From the NCBI RefSeq assembly GCF_037042905.1, contig NC_087251.1, positions 42,906,001 through 42,970,000 on the forward strand: 64,000 bases of DNA, written 5' to 3'. Source of the stretch: Lytechinus pictus (Eukaryota). How positions within the stretch are numbered: position 1 is the first letter of the stretch; every line of letters begins with the position of its first letter. The notes beneath the pieces were generated by a model. That model saw only the letters and a program-made list of their open reading frames with translations. It made no database searches and was not told the DNA's origin. Shown piece by piece: positions 23,933 to 36,400 of the stretch. Made by a program: the position numbers and the translations under genes.

Positions 23933-26341
23933 TGATTACAGCTCCATTCGCCGACTCAAGCCTCTCTCACCTCTCTCATCCAATCAGCCTTCTACTAGAG
24001 TCTCACTCTGGTTTACAGTCCTTTTATGGACTGCGCTCATTCCGAATTCTCTAATTCCCATCCCCATTTGTTCGCATTCCATTTCACTTCTATCTCTATC
24101 CACTTTTATCTCAGTCCCTCCAAGACTGTACACATGGTGTGCCGTAAACTACTTCCGCGATTAGTAAGATCAAGCCATTGACTGAAGGGGGGAGGATCAA
24201 AGTGGCAATTACACTAAAGTTGACCATTAGACAAGGTATATTGTAAGCCCAGGAAGGCATGAGAACAATTTGTAGCAGGGACCAAACTGATACCAGGAAG
24301 TAATTTCAAAAACTTTTCTTAACCTTCACTCAATATTGACTGGTGATTCTTTCTTGTGCTAAATGAGAAACCAAAGAAAAATTCCCAGTTTTAACAAAAA
24401 TGGGAGTAAACTTTCTGTATTTCCAATCAAATCTAATCCATCAAATTTCCTCCCTCTGGGCAACGTTATTGGAAATCTCGTCACAAAAAGGTCACCAGTC
24501 GTACATACATTACAAATTCATGGTGTGTCATTACATATGTATACATGTAAATAGATGTGTTATTTCATTTATATTCTCAGTGTAAACAATTCATTTTTTC
24601 TCAAATACTAACCAAAATGCATCCATTAACTGAGAAAATTTGCATTTAAGAAAAATATGATTTGAAAAAGTCAAAATATAATCCTATTGAAAAATGTTTG
24701 GTGCCTTTTATTATAGAAAATGACATACATGAAATTATGCTTGTTACAAATTAAAGGATTATGTTAAATTGGGGACAGCCTCTCCCCCCCTCCCTCCCCC
24801 GCTTGCAAGTCTCCTGTCTCAAATTTACTTGCCTCTCTCTTTCACTCTCTTCTCTCCCCCCCCCCCCACCCCCCTTTCTCAGACTTTACCTCTTCTCTGT
24901 AACTATACTGTTCATGTGACGAGGTCCGAGACAAAATCTATTTTCATAGGTGAAAGTGTTTATTGTTGAACTGCATACTTGCAAACAAGATACACTGCTG
25001 CTAACAGGTTATAACACGGAATGTACATTGTATAACCTGAACAAAGATATATGAAAAACATGAACCAAATGTACAACTTCTTACAAAAGTACTTATAAAA
25101 TGAAATCATCACTTTTATGTGGACGTCCATACTCAAACTTGATAAATTCTGGTGTGATAAAAATAAGTTACATATTTACAACGATCAAGTCACAAGAAAG
25201 TTATTGGTATATTTACAGAAGGAACAGCATTAGCTTTACGTTAGATTGCTTGTGTGGTGTGCTTTCATAATTTGTGCTACCTGTAATGCTAAACGGATCA
25301 ATACTTTGGAATTTATCATACAATTCGACGGGACAAATGTTGAACTCTTAGGAGACAATATGATAACCCTGTATCTGGTTGGGTTGAGTTGGCTGGAGTT
25401 TGCCGTCTTTTCTGCTTTCGATTTTCATTATTGCCCCATGAGACGAAATGGGATTACATTGAGATTCTGACCGTCAAACTTCTCATGCCAACAGGGTGAG
25501 TTGGCATGAGAAAGACTCATACATGTAGGATGGCTTTTTGATTGATATTCCACTACCTGCAGTTCACTGTACAAAGCCTGAATTGGAGAAAAGCTTAATT
25601 GGAAGATATGCGGCCCAAAGTACTGTAATGAATGCTAGGTAATGTAGCATGTTGGTTGCATAGCAGGTAGCACAAATTTAGAACCCATATTGTGAATCTA
25701 TGCATGATTCTGAATATTCAGTTGGATTAAGCATCATAAAGATATAATACAGAAGTTACCTTCTTAAAGACACAACTTGATCACAAAAAAATGATATATT
25801 GGAGAAACCCCTTCCCCGAAATACTCGATGACAGCTCTTTAAGAACCTTTAAACGGTGTGAGGTTGACCACAGTGCTAGAACATCATATATAACAAGCAG
25901 TTCAGATCGTATTGTGTAGTATAACCACACCGTTTTCCCCTCCACTTGAAGGGTATCCCATTAAGTATGTAAAACCTGAAATGTTGGGGTATTTGTTCAA
26001 CTTACATATGAAAAATTGAAGTGCTTCCAAATTATAATGGCTTGGGCAGATCACACAGAGAAGTAAGAATGGAGAAAACGGGATCGGACATACCAAATGG
26101 TCGATCATTTGATGGAAATGACATTGACATGCTGTTATGTCAGGAATTTACCTAAAAGTGACTGGAAACTTATCCTTCGTTTTGGTTTTCAATATCAGTT
26201 TTTCTAATATTTCTGGGATTTTGTGAGCTTCAAGCATCAACAATCAAGGTAACTTTTTTTTTTACAAATCCTCCCCGATGCTGCAATCCTATCACCCCTC
26301 TGTTCCGAAACCCTTCAATAAAACTAATGAACACATCCTTC

Positions 26342-26570
26342 CTAATCATCTTCGCCATCCTCCTCCTCCTCATCCTCCATCTCCTCTGCTGCTTCCATGG
26401 CTTCCTGCTGGGCCGCTCTGAGGGCTGCTTCCTCCTCCGGGGTGGGGTCCTCTGCCTCTGTGATCTCCGGTCCACTGGGGAATTCCTCCTGGACGGGGGG
26501 CGGTGGGGGTGGGCTGTAGTTGTCCGGAGAGTACTTGTGGCCCCAGCCGATGTACACATTCTCAAATTTC
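26342..26570 (-). CDS. RSPH4A: RSPH4/6 last coding exon ([19 protein letters not shown]...EDGEDD-stop)
   Basis: AAG acceptor; acidic C-terminus typical of the family; TAG ending at 26342. Confidence 0.93.
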
Positions 26571-29500
26571 CTTGATAGGGGGAGAAAAAGTGGGAAAGAT
26601 GATCAGATATGGAATAAAAATTAAATGAACATTTAAATCATGATTCACGAATATAATTTCTTCAAAAGTTAACTACAGGATTAAAACAATTCATACTTGG
26701 TACATGAACTGACAACTAGCACTCCATAAATGTGTGGTCTCAATTAACACTGCGATAACTGCAATATGAGAATACCACCCATTGACTACCAGAATTTGGG
26801 TTACAAAATCTAATCAATCCATACATACGGCATTGTCGCTTGGTTGCTAAAACCTTGTGTCTCATAATTAACGATTTTGAGAATATCTCAGAATTTTTTA
26901 GAATTATGAATTAAGTAGCAACCTTCTTTTGCCTGGAAAGTTCTCTTCAGGAATTATGAGACTGTTTTCAGACATTTTCTTCTAAAATGTTCACATAAAA
27001 GACTGAACACCCTAGCAACAACATACAACAACTATAAAGACCCTTTTAGGGAAAGGAAAACCAATTTGAGAAAGAGAAGTGGTGAATAACATGAGTCTAT
27101 AGAAATGTGTATGAAATCCAAGCATTCTTACTTCTCTGTTCCGAAGGCATAGGCACCAGGCCATAGGTTTGACTGGATGATGGCAATAGCATACTGAGGC
27201 ACCAAAGTGGAAGATAAGCGAGCGCTCCACGCCGGCACGGTGTCAATTTCTGTCAAAGCACAAACACGATTTAAAAAAATCATTAATGTAAGTAATTATC
27301 GAAGAACCGTGTTTATTTGTAGAATTGTCAAACCAAAGACTAGTATTGTTCATACAGTTAAAAAAAAAAACAATATCTCTCAAACAGCATATTCAATAAG
27401 GGCAGATTAGAAATTAAAGGTCTAGCATTTAGCTGCCGAATGATCATGGACATCACTATTTCACAAGTGATCTAAACAATCCCTTAGCACTCCTGTGACA
27501 AGAAAGAATACACAATAAAACAATGACAATGGAAGTATGTTCTTACAGGTTCAAGCAAGTAATAATTCACGTTGGCTGAGAAAAATCACATTCAGGATTG
27601 AAATGCAACAGGTTTCAACCTGTTTTTGTTGTTGTTGCCATGGCAATTAACATAAAAACAGACACATTTCAAAATATCTTTATCTCGATATATTATCTTG
27701 CACACAGATATTTAAGCACTATTTTCAGCTTGAATATTATAGCTCTAACATCATGCACGTTCAGTGAAAGATACAAGAGAAAAATAACAGAAAACGTAAA
27801 AGAATTATCAGAATACAGATTTTATTGTAACTCTGAAGATACACCAATATTTGTGTTTAGACGATTTTCAGAATACGGCCCCAGAACTCACCAACGTCCT
27901 CAGAGAGGGGCGTGAGAAGAGGAGGTCCAACCTCTGGTTCCGGTTCATCGGGTTCTTCTCTCTCCTCTTCCTCATCTTCATCTTCAAAGTCATCCTCCTG
28001 TTGCTGCACTGGATTGAACCACGAGCATCGACCCTGGAGAATGGAATAGAAGACGTTAATAATAATAATAATAGGCATTCATATAGCGCCATATATCTAG
28101 AAATATTCTATTCCAAGGCGCGATGTTATTATTATTATTACCCCGGCTTTAGCTTGAGCTGCCTTTCAGCGCTCATGCATTCAAGGGATTAATCCTGCCG
28201 GGTACCCATTCACCTCACCTGGGTTGAGTGCAGCACAATGTGGATGAATTTCTTGCTGAAGGAAATTATGCCAGGGCTGGGATTCGAACCCACGACCCTC
28301 TGTTTAAAAGTCAGAAGACTAATCCTATGGGCCACAGCAACGCTCCAATGTTGAAATTGGTTTAATGTATATTGGAATTTTTTTCTCTTTGTAAGTCATT
28401 CTAATACATCAATTTACTGGTAAAGGGTAGTTTTCTACATAGCAAGAAAATATTAGACACCCTTTCCAATAGCAATGTCATATTTTCAACAGAGATACAT
28501 GTACAATAATAAACATAATATCATCACCAAGGCTCTAATATATGGGGGGATGTAAAAATTAAACTAATAATTTATCGAAGACTTAAATGAAACTTCTACT
28601 AATGATAAATAGTAATAACGAAAGATACTCTGCTGTCAACTGACAAAAGGAATCAACTCTTGATTTTTTTCTCCAAAATTTACTTTAATTTCTTGATTCT
28701 AGATATTTTTTGTATGCTCTACATGGAATTGGAGTCACATAGCCCCAAATTTCTGAAATATAGAAGTTTCAAAAGCAGTTATCTCTATATATTTCCACAT
28801 AAACAATGTCACATTTTCCTCCCTTACTAAGAAACTCATTCAACAAAGTTGCTTTTGTCAGTGGACAGCAGTAGTCACAAATATACACCTTTAGGTCTCT
28901 TCAGTGATTCAAACAATACCCCCACCCAAGATGTCAAAATGTATTGTACGTGTCACAGGCCCGTAATCTGAAGTCGGGTTTAACTTCAACTCAGGTTCAA
29001 AGTTGTGGTTTAAGTATGGATAACCAACTGTTACATAAATCACTAACAGTAGAGATATCAAATTTCAGCTCATTTGGCTCTCAAATCATTCATAATTGTC
29101 TAGGAAGTATAAATAGATGATTGTCTTCCCCATCGATGAATCAAGAAAGAGCCCAGTAAACATAAGAAACATACAACTTAATAACCATTTTGACACTGTT
29201 GGCTTCCCATAATTTTAGCACAGAGTTAGACCGTGGCCCAAATACGGGCCACAGAGTCGAAGTTAGAAAGGGGCATGATTGACTCCATACCTGAGGCAGA
29301 ATGTGTTGTACATGATGTACCCAGTTAGCCATAGATGGGTCTACAAGATCCTTCACTGGGATGCCTTCAAAGTCGGGACTCTCGATGAAGCTATCACGGT
29401 CTAAAAGAAATCGAGAAAAGTTTCATGACGAAAACCTCCATTTGAGAACACTATACCCGTTTCCCTCTTCATCAATTCTCTTCTCCAAGTACGACAAACC

Positions 29501-30438
29501 CTAACTGCCCCCAAGCAAGCAATTTAAGTATCAAAACACCTGTTTCTTGACCTCGGTCCGAAGATAACACATCAGCCCGGCATATACAGTCACAGCAGGG
29601 GGCCACACACGATGGGATGCATGCGCAGCGCTGAGCGCGGTCCCTGCAAAGCATGCCGTCATTTTTATTCGCTTACTCTCCTTATTTCGAGGTCGATTTT
29701 CTTCGTTCAAAATTGAAAATGGACTAAAATTGGATTTCTGAATACAATATGCCTTTGAAAACGTGATTAAATATCGAATACAATAATTTCATTCCGAAGG
29801 TCCTACTACAGGCAGAGAAGTCTTACGTAAGAGCACAGCTGTTGTTTATCATTTCGTCCTTGGCTCAACGCTCATATACTGGCCTGTGGAGGTGAAATTG
29901 AGACAGCGGGGATTACCTGGCCAAGCAGGGTTGATCAGGGCTTGGAAATGATTTTTGGGATTTCCAAACGTAAAATGGGGTATAAAACCGCAGTTTGCAA
30001 TCTGAACTGCGGTCTTTCTCCAAACGGGGGTTTGACGTAATGTAATGGCTTTATGAAGCTATCACAGTCTAAAAGAAATACAGAAAAATTTTAATGGCTT
30101 TATGAAGCTATCACGGTCTAAAAGAAATAGAGAAAAGTTTTAATGACTTTATAAAACAGTCAATCAAATAGTAGCAGATGAAATGCTGTGCTAATTTTTG
30201 CTAATTTCTCAGCAATTGCACATTTTCTAAGCACTTCGAGACATGTTTTGTGATAAGCGCTATACAAATAATGTTAACTATCATTAATTATTTTCTTCCA
30301 GAGTCATTTGGCACATATCTTTAAATCATATATACAAATACTTGGGTGATCATTATTTTGGGACCATTACCACAACAGCAGTGGCGTACCTAGGATTTTC
30401 CACAGGGGGGGCAAAACCGTCCGCCAAAAAATTTGACA

Positions 30439-30476
<38 letters not shown>

Positions 30477-33400
30477 TCGATCACAAATAAAGGATTTCGT
30501 TCCAGAAAAAATTTGACAAGCAAAAAAAAAAAAAAAAAGAAAAACAAAAAAAACAAAAAAAAACGTCTTCAAGCTCGTCAGGGCATTCAAGGTCTTAAAG
30601 CTCGTCAGGGGGGGGGGGGGCAAAACAGGTTTTTCAAGCCCGTCAGGGGGGGCAAAGATACGTTTTTGCATGGGTTGTGACTCGTCAGGGGGGGCAGAGT
30701 GCCCCCCCTGCCCCCCCCCCGTAGGTACGCTAGTGCACAACAGGCATTTATCTTTAATGAGAAGAATTGTCAACTTACTTCCGTCCTCTTCCTCTTCTTC
30801 CTCCTCCTCATCAAACTGATAGAAACCAAGAGGGCTGATGTGGGTGCCTGCCGAGACTCTGGCTATCTGAGCCCTCAGGTAGTTCGACTCTGTACCATTG
30901 AATGGTGGATAACTAATAATCTAAAAAAAAGTCAATCATCAACAACACAAAAAAAATGTTAGATGCTAAAAAATAATAAATTGTATCATTTGATAGTAGA
31001 TGGAGAAATATAGTATTGCTGTTGATTTATCATTTTGATTACATTGTATCAAAATCCTATATTTGATTATTATTGTTTACGTCATGTATAGAAAAAGAGT
31101 ATTTTCTGTCATGTTACGTTGTGTTGTATTTTATGTTCAAAAGATATTATAAAATAAATATGATTTGATATAGAAAAAAAAACATCATAAAAAATAAATA
31201 ACTCTGCCCAAGTCAACCTTTTAATAAGGACAACAGAAAGAGGTATATAACACATTTTGAATAGTTATGTGTAAGACATTGCTTCGACTTATTTATTCTT
31301 ATAATATTTAAAATATTTGACTTTTCGAAAGTTGACTTTAAAAGATTTCCATAAACGGATCATGATAGGATGTAGATTGGAGTTCAGAGTACCAAAGTGT
31401 GACATCAGTTGCCATGGTGTCATGGCGGGCTGCCATGACACCATGGCAAATGACGTCATCACTTCGGTACTCTATAATAGCTTAGCTAAAAACCTACATT
31501 AAGCGAACACAAAAGAATACTTTTCTATCTTACAGTGTGTACATTGGACAGTTCTTAAGCGACTACTTAAGTCAATGAAAGGGGATTTTTAAGACACTAT
31601 TCACAGAACATAGAAGGCAGGTTTGGAGGTCGATGTTCATCATAGGAATGGGGCAAACTTTCCATCCCCCCCCCCCCCCTTTACAGTCAGATGCTGGAAG
31701 ATGCTCAACTCCTAGCATTTGCCCTGGGTACTGAGGTTTTGATCTGATTCATTTGTACTAGTGAGAATGGGGTAGGGGGGGGGGAGATGGAACAATAACC
31801 GAGGAACCTTGACGGAGTAATACCTGTTGAGCGTCGTGGCCCAGTGGATTAGTCTCCGGACATTGAAACAGAGGGTCGTGGGTTCAAATCCCAGCCATTG
31901 CATAATTTCCTTCAGCAAAGAATTCATCCACAGTGTGCTGCACTTGACCCAGGTGAGGTAAATGGGTACCGGCTGGAAGTAATTCCTCAAAAAGCTGTGT
32001 GCACCTGAATAGGTAGCCTAGCTTAGCCGGGTAATCATAATAGCAGGGCCCGCTGGGAGAACATTTTTCGGAACTGAAGTGGCTACCCTGGGTAAATATA
32101 CTGTTATTATTATTATTATTACCTGTTGGTCTAGACGCCCGGTGAAGAATTTCTTGATCTGCCTGGCCACACTGATCTGGAGAGGAGTGATGGGAGGTAG
32201 CTTGACCCACGGCTGACCAGCTGGACGGGTGCAATAAATACAAAAGATCTTCCTAATTCTCGTAATAAATACAAAAGATCTTCTTAATTCCCGTAATAAA
32301 TACAAAAGATTTTCATAATGCTCGCAAGAAATACAAAAGACCTTCGTAATTCTCATAATACAAAGTTTTGCTTTATAAAGCACCTTGTCAAAAAGTCTGA
32401 ATCGCACCTTTAAGCATGTGTTCCACTATAGCGGAGCTATACATCTATTCATATAGCCCCTTTAATGCATTTCCCATTGTTATGAATTTCGACAATGTGC
32501 CTTATTGAAGATTTTATTTTGGAATTAACTATATTTTAGGAGATTTAGCCCAAATGTAAAATAGATACTCCTCAGTAATTTTAAAGAAAGATATTTCATT
32601 GATAACCAGTTGACTTTTCCTTATTACATGTAATCTTTCAGAAAAGCAACATCACACCTATACCAATTCAGGAATTAATATTCCTGGTATCGTATTGCAA
32701 TTTGGTCCAAATTACTTAAAGACTGCTACACAAAAAATGTCTTTTACGTAGGACTCCACAAAACTTAATTAAAAAGCTTTTCTCTTTTGACCCAAAGTGC
32801 TAATCAAATTAGCAAAATGATTACCTGAAATTCAAATTTTAACGCCTCTGTATTTTGTGCCAAAAGTTGTTCAATTTCATGCAGAAACGACACGGCAGTC
32901 GGATGCTGGGTATTCATGGAATTTTTTTGTACATAGCGTACCAATATTAGCATCTCCTTTCAGCCGTTATATACTTACGTTCATTGCAGACGAAGAATGT
33001 CTTCTTGTTGATTCCTGTCCTGTTCTCCTCACGTGGGATGACTGGAGGTGGTTTGAAGTCGGGTTTGGGAAGAATATCCTCTTCTTGCTCCTCTGCAGAC
33101 AATGACAGATAGGCACACATTATTTATTGTAGGAAGAAGTATATTGAATCACCAAACATGTAAGTTTACATCATGTAGATATTGTGCCACAAAAAGCAGT
33201 AAATGTTTTGCACCATCACCCCCCCCCAAAAAAAAAAAAAAGAACCAAAAAAAAAAAAAAATATTGTGATTTCACAAATAATTAATTAATATTTACATGC
33301 AGTGTTACTGACACACATCTTAATTCTTTCCTTTGTTTAATAATCCATAAATATATATGTTACTTTGTAAAGCACATAGAGAGATTCTCTATATATTATG

Positions 33401-36400
33401 CACTTAATAAATTAATTGTTATAACTATTATCATTATCAACACAAAAGTAAATACTGTACATTTCCCCTCTACTCTTCTTGAAAACACGAGATAGTTGCA
33501 ATAAATAATAACAATAACACTTATTGTTCTTGATTGATGAATGCTTATCATTATTACTGATCATTCAATGTATAATTTCTGCAATTCAAGATTGATTTTT
33601 CATCAATGAAATCATATCTTCTTTTATCTTAAAAATGTCTCGGTCACTGCAACTTACAATCAAAATCAAAGTTATTCTACATGACCCAAGTAGTCACCTC
33701 TTATGCCCAGCACACACTACATGATCTGTTTTGATTTTTTTAAACAAATCACAGTTTGTATTAAAAGTGAATATTCCAAGAAGGAAAATTATTTTATTTG
33801 AAGTACGGCATTGCTGCTGGCCAGCAGAAAGATATTTCCTTGATAACCAATTGACTGCTCCAAGTTGCAGGCAATGGTGACATCACGACAATTTGGCATC
33901 GAATTTGCTTTTATTCTTCAAGGGGAGGCTCAAAGTCTACTGGAATTTCATTTCAAGTATTCATACCATTATTCAGATTTCTGCATGATCATTAAGATTT
34001 TATAGGTGAGAATGTTCTTGTCAAATGCAATTAAAATTTTTTTGTTTGAAAATCAATGAAACCTGAACACATTCTTGTATAAGAGTGCTTCTTGACAGAC
34101 ATCAACTATATGTTTTCATTGTTGACGATTGAACATGTATTATATGTAAGTTTCATTTCTCTTTTTCCCTTTCTCTAATGCTCTGAAGCGCCATGAGGAT
34201 CTAATTAAGATGGAAAGTGCGCTATAAAAGTCTTATACTCTTATGTATTATTATTTAAATCGGATTGTAACAGATTGTTTAGTGTGTACCAGGCTTTAGG
34301 AAATCAAACTTTATAATAGTAGATTTCAAAATATTTTGAATACCTCCTTCTTCCTCATCATCCTTCTCTGTGTCAGGCTCCTCTGCTGGCTCATGCTCCT
34401 AGTAAAAAAAATATATATATATATATAATAAAAAATGTTTTGTAAATTCCTCACTACTACATAAACCTTCATGTGGTACGTTGCGGCCCAGTGGATTAGT
34501 CTTCTGACTTTGAAACAGAGGGTTGTGGGTTCAAATCCCAGCCATGGCGTAGTTTCCTTCAGCAAGAAATGTATCCACACTGTGCTGCACTCAACCCAGG
34601 TGAGGTGAATGGGTACCCGGTAGGAAGAAATTCCTTGAATGCTTTGAGCGCCTAGGCAGCCCAGCTAAATCGGGGTAATAATAATTAATAGCAGGGCCCG
34701 CTGGGAGAACAGTTTTCAGAACTGAAGGGGCTTCACTGGGTAAATATACTTATATTTATTATTATCATAAATACTGTAATGAGAAGCATGTAATCTATTC
34801 ATTTATTGATTTCATACGGGTATTAAATAATAATCTGACAATGAAAAAATAAATTGAATTCTGCAACATTCTTTATAAAGAATAATTTGATAAGGAAAAG
34901 CATTATCTTCTTTTATCTTAATGATTTCATACAGGGACTAAACATATAATACTCTTGACAATGACAATTACTGCATCACCTTCTATGAAAATCTCAATTT
35001 TATCATACAAATTCATTAAATTCAATAACCAGTGTTCATAATTGAATAAAACATTAACAATAATAATTTCCAGTTAATCATATCATATCCCATCATCACA
35101 AACTGTTAATCCCCATAGGATAATATCCCAATGTGAATTCTATTACTGCTTCTTCCTTAATTTTTTTAAAATTTTGAACAGTTGTTGTATTCATGCTAAC
35201 CTCTTCTTCTTCCTCTTCTTCCTCCTCCCCTTCCCTATATTCCACCTCAGCTACGATATAGTTCTTCTCGGTACCGAAGATCTTTCCCCAGAATCGGCAA
35301 GACTGGAGAGGGTAGTTGTCGACCAGCTGTTTGAGGGCTAGGTAGATCCTCATCATCTCCTCTCGGCTAACACCAACCTGCATTCAAAAGATATCAAGGT
35401 CAAAGGTTAACATTGTCATGCTATTGCTATAAAAATCATTCATGACTGAAATGTCACACAATTCAATATGTCACACCACAAATATACTGTATATTTATGT
35501 TACACTACTGCTACTTGACAAGGGGATCCAAGATATTGTCAAGTATCTTCATACCAAATCTGCTATAGAATTATCATGTTAAAAAGATCATGCAATACAG
35601 AGAATGTATAGAGGGGTCCTTTTTCACATGACCAAGGGGGGAAAAAGAGATGTATTTAGCTTAAGCAATACATAAAAGTAGAATATTATTATGTTTGGGC
35701 AAAGTTTTCCACGAAGATACAAATCAGATGCAAAACATATTTTTGGGGCAAAGTTAATTACCTAGGATTGCATTTTATTCTATTAGCATAATAAATAAGT
35801 TCTTAACTTTTGCCACTAGTATTCTATTAAATCTTATGACATCACCCCATCAGGGTAAAAAAAAAAAGAGGGAACATGACTCACTCCTGCTTGTTCAAAG
35901 TGATACATAAGCTCTGGGAGATTTGGCAATGGGGTCTCAACTTCGTCTTCGCCTCCATCATGTTCAGCTTCTTCTTGATTTCTCTGTTTAGAGCAAAATA
36001 ACAAATAAAAAAGGATAAACAGATCTACATACAGTAGTAGTAGCAACAAAAATAACAACAACAATATTATTAACTGGATCGTGCTTTTTGCCAGAGGAAA
36101 CTAAATGTAAGCGAAACAGCGAAGCAGCTTTAATTTACCTCACATGCATTGAGTGACAATAACAATGATAGTTATAATGGAATGAGGACTTAGGTCAATA
36201 GAATTAGAAATTTCATATAATAATGCGATTTTTAGTGAATACAAATGCCTCTGAAAACAAATATCAGACAGTAAGAGAAAGAATTCCTAATTAGCAGTTC
36301 ATACTCTACTTCCCATACTTCTACTGAGTCACTCTATCATAAATTACTTGTACTTTACAGGGGTTTTTTATACATATTTTTCAATAATTTCAAACACAAT

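Larger units (their letters stand above)
22512..24161. mobile_element. Penelope-like non-autonomous insertion with inverted arms, a hammerhead-derived tandem array and a nested MITE
   Basis: 12-bp direct repeat TAGTAAGATCAA at 22500-22511 and 24162-24173; inverted arms ~22545-22790 vs ~23937-24162; hammerhead core motifs. Penelope assignment is inferred. Confidence 0.6.

Noticed and set aside
30342..30773. Lys- or Phe-rich ORFs
   Set aside because: Poly-A/T tracts within a TSD-flanked MITE.
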